From: a virus
Lineage: Duplodnaviria > Caudoviricetes
Virus record (IMG/VR): IMGVR_UViG_3300045974_000247
Location: 1 to 58,848 of that record
DNA length: 58,848 nucleotides
Direction: 5' to 3' (one strand)
Shown: positions 9,594-18,879 of the stretch, piece by piece
How the letters are laid out: each line of letters opens with the position of its first letter
Position numbering within the stretch: the first letter of the stretch is position 1
The notes under the pieces: model-generated
The model's input: only the letters and a program-made list of their open reading frames with translations
Database searches by the model: none
What the model was told of the DNA's origin: nothing
Translations under genes and position numbers: made by a program

Positions 9594-10609
9594 TTGCCCC
9601 TCCTCGACAGCCACTCCAACGCTGCGTGACGCCAGTCGAGGGCAGAGCACTTGCGCGCCTCGGGTGGACTCTTGAGTCGCCAGGCTTTCCACAGGGGCTT
9701 GACGACGTTGTCCCAGAACGGGGTCTGGTACTCCTCCACGCTCGGGTCGATGCCGTGGTCCCAGAGCCGGAAGAAGTGCTGCATGTCGAGGTCCCACTCG
9801 ATGCAGTCCGCGGCCATCGGGTAGTGCGCGGCCAGCCCGCGCGTGTAGAGGTCCGGGGCAGGCTTGACGAGCTTGGTCGCTTCGTAGACCGGCCCCCGCT
9901 CCTTGACGCGGCTGTACACGGCTCCCCCGGGCCCCTCGGTGTAGACGTGGAGGCTGTCGCTGACCTGGGTGTAGGGCCCGACCTCGATGCCGAGCTTGTT
10001 GGCGATGTACTCCTGGAGCATCGACATGTGCACGACGTTGGCCCCGTAGGCTCCCCAGAGCATGTCGTTGGAGCGGTTGCACACCGTCATGTGCAGCTGG
10101 TCGGCCCGCACCTTGAAGTAGATGTGCGTGTTACAGGGCAGGTCCCGACTGGTCGAGCCGCCTGCCCCCTCCGAGCTGACTGCGTCCCCGTTGGGCGACC
10201 ACATCGCCACGACTGCGCGCCGGTCCTCCGGGTTCTTGAACAGCGCGTGGGTGACGTGGGTGAGCTGGTCGAACCCGAACCACTCGCGCCAGCGGAACCC
10301 GTAGGCTCCGTGGAACAGCTCCCCATCGTCGCTGAACTCCGCCATGCGGGGGTTGAAGACCCGGAGGAACCCGACATCGTTGCGCCCCTCCAGCATCCAG
10401 AGCCCCTCAAAGAAGTGGAAGAAGGGGTTGGCGTCGCGCTCCGGGGAGAACAGGACCCGTTCCTGGGGCCGGCTGTACACGGTGCTGACGGGCTGAGGGA
10501 CCTCGATGACTGGGCCTCCCCGGGAGTGACGCTCCACCCCCTGCTCGGCCATGAGCGCCATGCCGAGCGGGAGGGCTTCGTTGACGTTGCGGACGTTGAG
10601 GACGATCAC
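9590..10609 (-). CDS. Thymidylate synthase-family dUMP hydroxymethylase (YuA/M6-type)
   Basis: RDANPFFH, GAYG.RWR, DLPCN catalytic Cys, RSNDMLWGAYGANVVH (Asn, dUMP-specific), SLHVY. Confidence 0.88.
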   Translation of the reverse strand: MIVLNVRNVNEALPLGMALMAEQGVERHSRGGPVIEVPQPVSTVYSRPQERVLFSPERDANPFFHFFEGLWMLEGRNDVGFLRVFNPRMAEFSDDGELFHGAYGFRWREWFGFDQLTHVTHALFKNPEDRRAVVAMWSPNGDAVSSEGAGGSTSRDLPCNTHIYFKVRADQLHMTVCNRSNDMLWGAYGANVVHMSMLQEYIANKLGIEVGPYTQVSDSLHVYTEGPGGAVYSRVKERGPVYEATKLVKPAPDLYTRGLAAHYPMAADCIEWDLDMQHFFRLWDHGIDPSVEEYQTPFWDNVVKPLWKAWRLKSPPEARKCSALDWRHAALEWLSRRGK

Positions 10610-10830
10610 TTGGTCTCCTGGAACCCGTCGCACGAGCAGTCGCCGCACGGACCCTTGTCCCCGCGCTGGCGGGTGTAGAGGTGGTCCCCGAGCCGGTGGC
10701 CGCACTCGCACGTCTTCGCGCACGTCGCGCACTTGGCCGGGTCCTCGGCATGTGAGCACTGGACCGGCTCGACAACGGGGGTGGTCTGGGGCACTTCGGA
10801 CACTGCGTCAGGCTTCGTGATCTTGGCCAT
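10606..10830 (-). CDS. Small Cys/His-rich protein
   Basis: CECGH...H...C..C.C motif; RBS AGGAGGAG. Confidence 0.65.
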   Translation of the reverse strand: MAKITKPDAVSEVPQTTPVVEPVQCSHAEDPAKCATCAKTCECGHRLGDHLYTRQRGDKGPCGDCSCDGFQETK

Positions 10831-10832
10831 CG

Positions 10833-11693
10833 CTACTCCTCCTTGGGGGGTTGGTACTTGGAGCGTGGGCGACCCTCCCCGAGTCGCACGCGCTCATACT
10901 TGTCCAGCTCACACAGGCAGAACTGAATGTCGTGGGCAGTGAGCCGCCCTCCTCCTGGGAATGTCTCGAGCCACCGTGGCTGAATCTTCTCCAGCAGCGC
11001 GCGGATGAGGACCACGCCCTCGTCTGTACGGATGCCCTTCGTGAGCGGGGCCTTGCGCAGCCGGTTGAGTCCGCGCCTTGCCCCCGGGCCGGTGGGCGTC
11101 CAAGTCTCTGCGTCCTTCACCGGGTGGCGCCGCCAGAGCAAGTAGTCCTGGAGCACCTCCTTCGCCATGAACCCAGCGCCACCGAACCCGTGGACCTCCT
11201 GCATGACGTTGAAGCCAGCCTCCCACGTGTTGGTTGCCTCGATGGTGCTGACGATGTCCTCGGCACGGTCCCAGAGCGGCGCCAGGTACTCGTCCCCGAC
11301 CACCTTGTACTTGCGGACGCCTGCGTCACCGCCCCTGATCATGTACGCGCCGGTCCAGAACGTCTTGCCGGCGCGCTCGCACTCCTCCTCCGCGCGCTTG
11401 ATGCGAGCGGTCGAGTGAGCGCCCAACCAGCCGAGCGCGTCAGACGCCGCCACCGTGCCCGTGAAGCGTCGGAGCGCGCAGTTGTAGAGGGCCACGTGGA
11501 GCGGGGCCTCGCTGTACTTCTGATACACCTTGAGGAAGGCCTGCGTGGTCCGGTCGTGGACGCGCTGGACGTTGGTGAACTTGTACGTCTGGAGAATCTT
11601 GTCCTTGGTCCACGGCGCTGCCTGACCTCCGAGCTTGCGGAGCCGGATGTGCTCGCGCTCCTCGATGTACTTCCACAGTGGCTTGGCGTTCAC
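10833..11693 (-). CDS. aGPT-Pplase1 / 5-hmdU DNA kinase helical-domain family protein
   Basis: I.ERE.IR..K......PWT.D.IL..YKFTNV.R..DR.T, FWTGAY, G...FMA.E, GPGARRGL.RL, DIQF.LCE.DKY.R. Confidence 0.88.
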   Translation of the reverse strand: MNAKPLWKYIEEREHIRLRKLGGQAAPWTKDKILQTYKFTNVQRVHDRTTQAFLKVYQKYSEAPLHVALYNCALRRFTGTVAASDALGWLGAHSTARIKRAEEECERAGKTFWTGAYMIRGGDAGVRKYKVVGDEYLAPLWDRAEDIVSTIEATNTWEAGFNVMQEVHGFGGAGFMAKEVLQDYLLWRRHPVKDAETWTPTGPGARRGLNRLRKAPLTKGIRTDEGVVLIRALLEKIQPRWLETFPGGGRLTAHDIQFCLCELDKYERVRLGEGRPRSKYQPPKEE

Positions 11694-11809
11694 GTAAACG
11701 TCCTTTCTCTGGCTAGGGGGTTCCCCCTATAGTGGTTGGTGCGGGCAGGCGTAGTCTTTCTCAATGACCTACCAAGTTGTTGTCGCCGCCCAGAACAAGA
11801 ATGTTGTCG

Positions 11810-12208
11810 TCAAGGTTGACGCCTCCAACGAGCAGTCCGCGAAGGAGATTGCGAAGTGGCTGGTGGCGCACGCCCAGCACCTCCAGGCGCACGGGGTCCA
11901 AGCGAAGAAGTAGCGTCACGGGGCGCCAGAGCCTCCTTGAGCCTGAGCAGGGGTACGGCCAGGTGCGCTACCATACCAAGCGGGTCATCAGGAGCAGCCG
12001 CCACCTCGTCGAGCACGTCCTGTGCCGCCTTGCGCAGTCGAGTGATCTCCTTGCTCGCGCAGTCGCAGTCGGTGTATCCCTCGCAGCCCTCCTCGTGGTA
12101 GCTCTCGGGGGGCGCTCGGTTGCGCGCGTCCTCCACACACCCCGGACAGGGCAGCTCCGAGCCCGGGGGCCGGTTGTGTCGGGTGCAACCGTACACGCTC
12201 TTGGTCAC
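11810..12208 (-). CDS. Hypothetical Cys-rich protein
   Basis: GTG start overlapping the upstream stop. Confidence 0.5.
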   Translation of the reverse strand: MTKSVYGCTRHNRPPGSELPCPGCVEDARNRAPPESYHEEGCEGYTDCDCASKEITRLRKAAQDVLDEVAAAPDDPLGMVAHLAVPLLRLKEALAPRDATSSLGPRAPGGAGRAPPATSQSPSRTARWRRQP

Positions 12209-12402
12209 GACATCACCAGGGGCCGGTCCTTGCGGTCCGGGTGCTGCCCGCACCACTCGGTGGGGCGCGCGGGGATGCGGATGGGGATGATCTGGACCTG
12301 TCCCGCCCCCTGCGGGATGGGCATGGCTCCGGGAGGATTGAGGCGGCACTCGCCCCCGCCCAGCGGGTAGAAATACGGGCACGTCTGGCACGTTGCGGAC
12401 AT
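12205..12402 (-). CDS. Small Cys-rich protein
   Basis: CQTC.YF...GECR..PP...WCGQH, a common phage motif. Confidence 0.65.
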   Translation of the reverse strand: MSATCQTCPYFYPLGGGECRLNPPGAMPIPQGAGQVQIIPIRIPARPTEWCGQHPDRKDRPLVMS

Positions 12403-12405
12403 GGG

Positions 12406-13080
12406 CTACCTCGATGCGTCGAACATCGACGCGATGGTCTCATCGATCAGGCGTGCGTTCTCGCGCACGCAGTGCCCCCCAATGGGGCCCGGCATGTAGC
12501 TCAACCAGGGGCGCGCGACCTCGGGCCGTCCGAGCTTCGCATACCCCTCGTTGTACGTCTGGTTGGCGTGCGTGTAGACATCGGCCAGCTCCACGCCGTG
12601 CTTCTTCGCCTGCTCGGCGCACCAACGGTTGACGAGGATCATCATCCCGTACTGCGTCGTGTCCATGAGCTTCAGAAGCTCGGTGGTCTCGGTGTTGGGC
12701 ATGATGTACGTCGTCACCCCCACGACCTGGAACGCTCTGGCGATGTCCTCAGCCTCCGGGCCCGCGATGTACTTGACGAAGCTCTGGATGCCGCGCGCGA
12801 GATGCGGGTGCGTCCCCCTGATGGGGGAGTGGTTGACTCCGAGCTTGCGACACGTACCCACCGGCACCGACGAGTGGATGACGGTGCGGTGCGGCTGGAA
12901 CAACTCCTCGTACAAGCGGACCTGGTCGAGGAACTGCGGCCCGTGGTACGGGAAGCAGATGTGCAGCTCGTCAGCCAAACCCTTCACGCGGATGCCCTGC
13001 GGTGGGTCATGTAGCACCCCCCCAATGACTGCCTGGAGCCCCCGACCAACCTCCCCCGCTCCCACGATCACTCGCTCCAT
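12406..13080 (-). CDS. UDP-glucose/GDP-mannose dehydrogenase-family protein (compact)
   Basis: GAGEVG Rossmann motif, IHSSVPVGT, HSP, TE..KL..T, GPIGGHCV catalytic Cys; alternative start at 13134. Confidence 0.8.
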   Translation of the reverse strand: MERVIVGAGEVGRGLQAVIGGVLHDPPQGIRVKGLADELHICFPYHGPQFLDQVRLYEELFQPHRTVIHSSVPVGTCRKLGVNHSPIRGTHPHLARGIQSFVKYIAGPEAEDIARAFQVVGVTTYIMPNTETTELLKLMDTTQYGMMILVNRWCAEQAKKHGVELADVYTHANQTYNEGYAKLGRPEVARPWLSYMPGPIGGHCVRENARLIDETIASMFDASR

Positions 13081-13333
13081 GACCCACCCTTTCTCATCCG
13101 TGACCCTGCGTGTCTCTTCCGTGTGCAGACTCATGTCGCCTCCCAGCCTCCCGGTTCCCCCGGGGGCTTCGTTCGATTCCCGCCCCGACCCTCCGAGAGG
13201 CCCCTGGCGCTCAGCCTCCCCGCAGCCCCGTAGGCTGGCAGAGGGCCCTACCCCCTCCACGAGGACCCTCAGACCCCCATCCGCACAGTGCCTAGGGGCT
13301 CCGGATGGGGGGTAGACCCCCCCGAAAGGGTAC

Positions 13334-14278
13334 TCACGCCAGCCCGGTCTTCCGGTACCAGCGCACCGTCTCTCGCAGACCCTCTCGCAGGCCGACTCCT
13401 GCCTTGAGACCGAGCCACTTGCGAGCACGCGTCACGTCAGCCACCGAGAGCCTGATGTCTCCGCCACGGAATGCCTCCTGCTGGCACGACGTGCGCTTGC
13501 GCTCGCTGGGCGTCAGCTGCTCCTCCAAGAGGTCGGAGAGCTGGAGGAGCGTCGTGCCCTTGCCCATGGCGACGTTGTACACGAGGTTGACGTGCTTGGT
13601 CGTGGCGGCGAGGAGGTTGGCGGTGACCACGTTGCTGACGTACGTGAAGTCACGCGTGGTCGTCCCATCCCCATAGATCACATACGGCTCTCCCGACAGC
13701 ATCCTCTTGATCCACCGGGGGATGACGGCGCTGTAGCTGCCGTCCGGGTCCTGGCGCGGACCGTACACGTTGAAGTACCGCAGCCCGACCGTGTCCATGC
13801 CGTAGCTCTTGCCGTAGGCCAGCGCGTAGCTCTCCACGCACTGCTTGCTCGCTGCGTAGGGCGACAGCGGGGCCCCCACGATGACCTCGCGCCGCTTGTC
13901 CCCCAGAGCGTCCCCGTACACGGAGGAGCTGGAGGCGTACACGAAGCGGCGCACCCCGTGACGCCTGGCGTGCTCGAGAACTCGCAGGGTCCCATGCGTG
14001 TTGTTGAGGTGAGTCGTCATGGGGTCCGCGATGGACCGCGGCACGCTGGGGAGCGCGGCCTGGTGGAAGATGACGTCCACGCCGCTGAGGTCGAAGTTGT
14101 CGTGGACGATGTCGAGCGGGAGCACGTGGAGCCGCGCGTTGCCCTCGTGACCCGTGAGGTTCTCCTTCCTCCCGGTCGAGAGGTTGTCGATGACGATGAC
14201 CTCCCAGTCGCGCGCGAGGCAAGCGTCAACGAGATGCGACCCGATGAACCCGGCACCGCCGGTGATGGCGACCCTCAC
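13334..14278 (-). CDS. NAD-dependent UDP-HexNAc(A) 4-epimerase (WbpP/TviC-like SDR)
   Basis: TGGAGFIGSHL, HQAALPSVPRSI.DP, YASSSSVYG, SPYAASK, RYFNVYGPRQDP.GSYSAVIP.W. Confidence 0.9.
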   Translation of the reverse strand: MRVAITGGAGFIGSHLVDACLARDWEVIVIDNLSTGRKENLTGHEGNARLHVLPLDIVHDNFDLSGVDVIFHQAALPSVPRSIADPMTTHLNNTHGTLRVLEHARRHGVRRFVYASSSSVYGDALGDKRREVIVGAPLSPYAASKQCVESYALAYGKSYGMDTVGLRYFNVYGPRQDPDGSYSAVIPRWIKRMLSGEPYVIYGDGTTTRDFTYVSNVVTANLLAATTKHVNLVYNVAMGKGTTLLQLSDLLEEQLTPSERKRTSCQQEAFRGGDIRLSVADVTRARKWLGLKAGVGLREGLRETVRWYRKTGLA

Positions 14279-14637
14279 TTGGCACGCTCCTTCTTGCAGG
14301 CCGGCTGAGCCGGTGGGTTGAGGTTGAGACAGCTGATGCCGAAGCTCGTGACGTAGCAGACGATGCCGGGCCGGTTGAGGTCCTGGACCCGGTAGACCTG
14401 ACCCACCACGCCATCCGAGAAGATGACGTGCGCGGCTCCCGGGGGCCCGTCGTCCAGCGTGGCCTTGGAGCAGCCGATGAGCCCGCCCAGCAGGACGAGG
14501 AGGCAGAGGAGGATGAAGAGGAGCGCGGGCCAGTTGGGGCGCGCCCTCTGCCGGATGAGCTTGTCGATGCACACGGGGCAGGTCCCCGCCGTGCCGCAGA
14601 CGAGGCAGTTGGGCTTGATGACGGTCTTGTCGCTCAT
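14275..14637 (-). CDS. Membrane/lipoprotein-like hypothetical protein
   Basis: CxxC pairs, then a hydrophobic helix ending in LIGC. Confidence 0.6.
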   Translation of the reverse strand: MSDKTVIKPNCLVCGTAGTCPVCIDKLIRQRARPNWPALLFILLCLLVLLGGLIGCSKATLDDGPPGAAHVIFSDGVVGQVYRVQDLNRPGIVCYVTSFGISCLNLNPPAQPACKKERAK

Positions 14638-15215
14638 CGCGCCTCCACGATCAACTCCGGGTTGTGCTTGAGGCTCTCTGGCGGGTTGAAGTGCCAGAAG
14701 CGCCCCTGGTCCTTGAAGAGTCGGATGTGCTTGTACTTGTGGATGGTCGGCTTGAAGTAGCTCACCACGCGCATCCCCGACAGCAGGCGGTTGATCTCGG
14801 GGCTGTTGACCGTCATGGCGGCATACGGCTGGTCGAGGTAGTACTGGAGCCAGAAGTGCTGCGCTCCCGTGTGCCAGGCCTCGACAGCCTCGCGCACCTC
14901 GATATGGTCCGGGTGCTTGGGGGCGAGTGGAAGGAGGATGTGGCCGTGGTCCCCGCTGAGGTGGCTTGAGAGGAAGCAGCGGATGGCCTTGGTGCCGTCC
15001 CCCGGCTTGCCCCCGCCCCTCCGCTCCTTCGCCTCCAGGCCGCTCCACGAAGCCCCCATGGCCTTGGCGTATGCCTCTGCCTCGGGGCCGCGCTTCCTCG
15101 TGCCGGAGTAGACGGTGATGATGTGCACCGGGATGTTGTCCTTGATCCAGTTGGCGATGTGACCGCCCAGCGACAGGAAGGCGTCGTCAGCGTGAGGCTC
15201 GATGATGTGGATCAC
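14634..15215 (-). CDS. PIG-L/LmbE-family N-acetylhexosamine deacetylase
   Basis: EPHADDAFLSLGG (HxDD) and HPDH motifs, DQPY. Confidence 0.85.
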   Translation of the reverse strand: MIHIIEPHADDAFLSLGGHIANWIKDNIPVHIITVYSGTRKRGPEAEAYAKAMGASWSGLEAKERRGGGKPGDGTKAIRCFLSSHLSGDHGHILLPLAPKHPDHIEVREAVEAWHTGAQHFWLQYYLDQPYAAMTVNSPEINRLLSGMRVVSYFKPTIHKYKHIRLFKDQGRFWHFNPPESLKHNPELIVEAR

Positions 15216-15664
15216 GAGTCATCCTCCGTGTCGAAGGGGATCAACGACAGGTTGGGGGTGTAGGGGAGCTGATGCACCGCCAAGCCCAGTTGACGAGCGG
15301 CAGCGACCAGTCTCTGCATCGGGTTGCGTTCCAGCTCCTTCTTTGCGTCGCTGAGGGCGCGTCGGGTGCCGTTGAGTTCATCTCGCAGCCGGTACACCTC
15401 GCTGATCAGCGCGCCCACCACGGACCCTCCGCGCTCTGCCCAGATGGCCAGCTGTGCGTCGTTGAACTTCTCCGGCGCTGCCGAGAGGGGGGCGAAGACA
15501 ACCGTGCCCTGTTGCAGCTCCAAGACCTCCTCAGGGGTCCAGTCCCCGTATGCTTCCAACGTCAGCTGAACCGGGCCAGAGATAACAGTCGCCTTCTGGC
15601 CCGCAGCGGTTCGCACGACCTGTGTGGGGCGGTTCATCCGCACCATGTCGATGACGCCCCTCAT
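15212..15664 (-). CDS. Hypothetical protein
   Basis: Coupled overlaps on both sides. Confidence 0.55.
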   Translation of the reverse strand: MRGVIDMVRMNRPTQVVRTAAGQKATVISGPVQLTLEAYGDWTPEEVLELQQGTVVFAPLSAAPEKFNDAQLAIWAERGGSVVGALISEVYRLRDELNGTRRALSDAKKELERNPMQRLVAAARQLGLAVHQLPYTPNLSLIPFDTEDDS

Positions 15665-16491
15665 AGCCCCTCCGCGCCGAGCTTGAACGCCTTCTTCCAT
15701 GCGACCTTGACGTCGTTCATCGTGTCGCTCTCCATCCCGCCCCACGCCTTCTTCTGCACCACCGTCACGACCTCGGGGTACAGCGCGCCGAGCTTCGCTG
15801 CCGTGTCGCTCTGGAGCTGGGCCGTCCGGGCCCCCGCGCACCCTCCCGGAGCGTTGGCCGGTCCCGGGCTCGCGCGGTAGACGAGGGACACGACGTTGGG
15901 CTCGCCAGCGAGGAGCAGCTGGAGCGTCATGTTGAAGTCGGACATGGGCGACCCCTTGCCGATGCCCCTGGTGAACCGGGCCCCCGTGTTCATGACGGTG
16001 GGCACGTTGTAGGCCAGGCAGCAACCGAGCGCGCGGCCCACCTCGATGCTGTCGTGGAGGTTGGTGTCGTAGTCCCAGTGATGCTGGCGCATCCCCCACG
16101 CCGCGTGCGCGTAGTCCTTGAGGGATGTCTCGAGCCAGCCCAGCCCATCCAGCCACTGCTGCTCAGAGGTCGCAGTGAGAAAGCGCGGGTTGACCCCAGG
16201 GGTCATCGGCTGGCGGACGAGGAGCGTCGTGTCGTCATCGAGGAGGACGATGTGCTTGTGGCGCTGCTTGACTGCGTACTCCAGCATCCAGTCGCGCGTG
16301 GCGGCGAGCGTCATGCCGGTGGGGCGGTTGGCGGGGCACTCGATGGCCCCGAACCTTCCCTGCGCGAGGTGCGCCTTGACCTCCTCCTTGGGAACGAACA
16401 GCGTGGTGTTCTTCTTGGCGAGCGCGGGGAGGCTGTCCCACGTCTTCTGCTTCGACACTCGGCCCCTGGTAGCAATGTAGACTTGGATCAT
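15661..16491 (-). CDS. GT-A fold glycosyltransferase (TET/JBP-associated, GREB1/J-GT-like)
   Basis: VYIATRGR, V...E, TR.W.L, LLDDD, SDF..TLQLL..G..N, NAPGGC...R. Confidence 0.75.
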   Translation of the reverse strand: MIQVYIATRGRVSKQKTWDSLPALAKKNTTLFVPKEEVKAHLAQGRFGAIECPANRPTGMTLAATRDWMLEYAVKQRHKHIVLLDDDTTLLVRQPMTPGVNPRFLTATSEQQWLDGLGWLETSLKDYAHAAWGMRQHHWDYDTNLHDSIEVGRALGCCLAYNVPTVMNTGARFTRGIGKGSPMSDFNMTLQLLLAGEPNVVSLVYRASPGPANAPGGCAGARTAQLQSDTAAKLGALYPEVVTVVQKKAWGGMESDTMNDVKVAWKKAFKLGAEGL

Positions 16492-16498
16492 GGCACTC

Positions 16499-18550
16499 TC
16501 AGAACTTCCCGCCGTGGAAGAAACCATCCCAGTGCTCGGCGCACGCCTTGGGACCTTGCTTCAGCCAGTGCTCGCTGTTGCGGACAATCCAGAGCTTCTG
16601 GTTGCCCTGCTTCGTCATGACGGGGAGCCCGTCCTTGTACGCTCTGCGGAACCCGGCTGACTTGAGCTCCCGGGCGAACCCGTTGATGGTGGAGCGGTGG
16701 AAGTCCCCCATCGGATTGAAGAGCGTGTGGAGCTGCGTGGTCGTGAACAGACAGCACTTCTCTGCCGCCAGCGCGTTGCCGAGCGGCATGAGGGTGCGGT
16801 GCGGGTCCTCCTTGAGGTCGTGGACCCAGCGGCCCAGGTCGGACTTGTTGTCCACGATCATGTCGCGCTTGGCCTTGGTCTGGAAGGCGGGGCCCTTGGG
16901 GTTGAAGTCGGAGATGTCGAGGTGTTCCAGGTAATACCTCAGGTGGGCGGTGCCTCCGCGCTTGAACCGCCACGTGTCGAACTCATGGTAGAACCGGAGG
17001 GGCGCGGGGTGACTGGTGACCTCGTGTACGAAGAAGCGGCGGTCAGAGTCCTGGAGGAAGAAGGCGTTGGGCTCGTTGGACGTGAAGAAGTAGTTGATGC
17101 AGTCAGGGATGGTCACCAGGGGCATGTACTTGGCGTTGATGTTGACGCGCTCCTGGGTGATCAGCGCCTTGAGCCGGTTGGTGTCGGTGCGCCGGTCCGT
17201 GCCCGTGATCTCCTCCCCCACGATGAACTGTTTGTTCCTCGCCCACTCGTTGAAGCTGCCGTGAATCTCGGCATCCCCGATGACTCCCCCGTTCGTACCA
17301 TAGATGTCCTTGAGCGTCAACCCCAGGAGCGTCTTCCCCGTGCCGTGCGACACGCCCCAGACGAGCACGCCGCTGAAGAGCTTGACGCCCGGGTGCTGTA
17401 GCGGGTACGCTGCCCACTTGAGGAACCACTCGCGCGCTCCCGGCTCCGCTCCCGCGAAGATGTGGTCCAGGAGGTCGTGGAAGGGCGTGACGTCCCCCTT
17501 GACTGACTCAACCCCCCAGCCGCGCCAGAGATTGCAGTCACGCGCCTCCGTCACGAGCGGCTGGCCGGGGGCGTAGGTGAGGTGGTTGAGCGTGAAGCGA
17601 CCCGGCCACTCCAGCCACGCCTTGGCGAGGGGCTTGGTCTTGACCTTCCCCTCCGAGTCGCGCGTTGCGTACTTGCGGTCAGCGTAGGACACCGTCAGGA
17701 AGTCATGGACCGACAGCATCTCGTTGGTCTTGCGCTCCAGCAGCAGCGGAGGATAGCGGATAAGCAGCACCTCCTCGTTCATCGACCAGAGCGCCGCAGC
17801 CTCTTCGTACACGGGGGCTTCCTCGACCAGCGACTCCAAAGCCTCAACCGAGTGCTGGAGGAGGAAGTCATCGAGCCCCACCTTGGCGCCGTCAGGTCCG
17901 GGCGGGAGGGCCAGGAGCTTCGGGAGGGCTCCGCGCCGCATCAGCTCATACGCGAGCTTGCGCTGAGCGGTCAGCGCATCCGGCTTGGTGCCCACGTCGC
18001 TGTCCCAGATGATCGCAACGGGTCGCTGGTTCCACCTGGCCTCCTGGAGCACCGGGAGCAGCTCGGGCATGCCGCGCTTGGCCGCGCGAAACACGTCCAC
18101 TCCCCCCAAGCCGATGCACGCGACCCCCCGAGCGCATGCGACTGCCGCCTTGATCTCCCCCTCCGTGATGTAGACGGTCTTGGTGGGGTCCTGGAGCACC
18201 GCGTGCCACCTCTCCTTGAGCAGCGGCGGCAGGTAGACCTCGTTGAGCGTGCCGCCCGGTTGCCAGTAACGTGGAGGGCGCGCGAGGTTGGCGGCGAAGC
18301 CCGTGGGCGCGCCTAGGTAGCGGACCCGGAAGAAGGAGGTGCGCTTGCCCTGGTCATCGAAGTAGGGGATGCGCATGGACGGGCGGTTGTCTTGGGAACC
18401 GAGCCGCTGGGTTTCTGCGCTGCTGAGTTCCTCGAATCCCAGGAGCTTGGCCTGGGCATCGGTCAGGCCTGACTCGGCAAGCCGGACCCGCATCAGGGCG
18501 CGCGACCCTGCTGCCGCGTTACGTGCTCCGCTTGTCATTGCCACGCCCAT
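16499..18550 (-). CDS. Primase-helicase (Toprim/DUF3854-like plus SF3-like NTPase)
   Basis: IPYFD, ITEGEIKA, WDSD, K.GLDD; C-terminal GVSHGTGKT, FNEW, EE, LK.LIT, TSN. Confidence 0.88.
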   Translation of the reverse strand: MGVAMTSGARNAAAGSRALMRVRLAESGLTDAQAKLLGFEELSSAETQRLGSQDNRPSMRIPYFDDQGKRTSFFRVRYLGAPTGFAANLARPPRYWQPGGTLNEVYLPPLLKERWHAVLQDPTKTVYITEGEIKAAVACARGVACIGLGGVDVFRAAKRGMPELLPVLQEARWNQRPVAIIWDSDVGTKPDALTAQRKLAYELMRRGALPKLLALPPGPDGAKVGLDDFLLQHSVEALESLVEEAPVYEEAAALWSMNEEVLLIRYPPLLLERKTNEMLSVHDFLTVSYADRKYATRDSEGKVKTKPLAKAWLEWPGRFTLNHLTYAPGQPLVTEARDCNLWRGWGVESVKGDVTPFHDLLDHIFAGAEPGAREWFLKWAAYPLQHPGVKLFSGVLVWGVSHGTGKTLLGLTLKDIYGTNGGVIGDAEIHGSFNEWARNKQFIVGEEITGTDRRTDTNRLKALITQERVNINAKYMPLVTIPDCINYFFTSNEPNAFFLQDSDRRFFVHEVTSHPAPLRFYHEFDTWRFKRGGTAHLRYYLEHLDISDFNPKGPAFQTKAKRDMIVDNKSDLGRWVHDLKEDPHRTLMPLGNALAAEKCCLFTTTQLHTLFNPMGDFHRSTINGFARELKSAGFRRAYKDGLPVMTKQGNQKLWIVRNSEHWLKQGPKACAEHWDGFFHGGKF

Positions 18551-18770
18551 ACCCCCTCCCGATGCCCGCCTTCACGACAGCGCTCGCAACCTCTGCGTCA
18601 GTTCGGCTGCTCAGTAGCTGGGTCATCCCAGCCTCGATACAGAGACGCAGCAGCGCTGAGAGTGTCAGCATCGAAGCGTTCTCACCTGGCATGAAGAGGC
18701 GCAAGCGGCCCTCCCAGAGGGTCAGCCGCTGGTACAGATCAGCGGGTACTTTGAGGTAGATGACACGCAC
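18519..18770 (-). CDS. Ribbon-helix-helix-like DNA-binding protein
   Basis: VIYLKVPADLYQRL...TLSALLRLCIEAG; first gene of the leftward operon. Confidence 0.5.
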   Translation of the reverse strand: MRVIYLKVPADLYQRLTLWEGRLRLFMPGENASMLTLSALLRLCIEAGMTQLLSSRTDAEVASAVVKAGIGRGYGRGNDKRST

Positions 18771-18879
18771 GGGAACACCCCACTGTTGAGTAGAAGCGCG
18801 CCAGGTGGCGGGAAGCAAGCCGCCACCTGGCGCCGGATTGAGCCGCCATTGCCGGGCGGGAGGTAGAGGATACGCGGCG

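Noticed and set aside
11720-11735. T7-like promoter (CACTATAGGG on the minus strand)
   Set aside because: The upstream TAATACGACT part is absent and no single-subunit RNA polymerase is encoded; the sequence is part of a small hairpin
12406-16491. O-antigen/serotype conversion cassette
   Set aside because: No flippase, GtrA/B or polytopic membrane transferase, no lysogeny genes, and the genes are embedded among DNA modification/replication genes; disfavoured but not fully excluded
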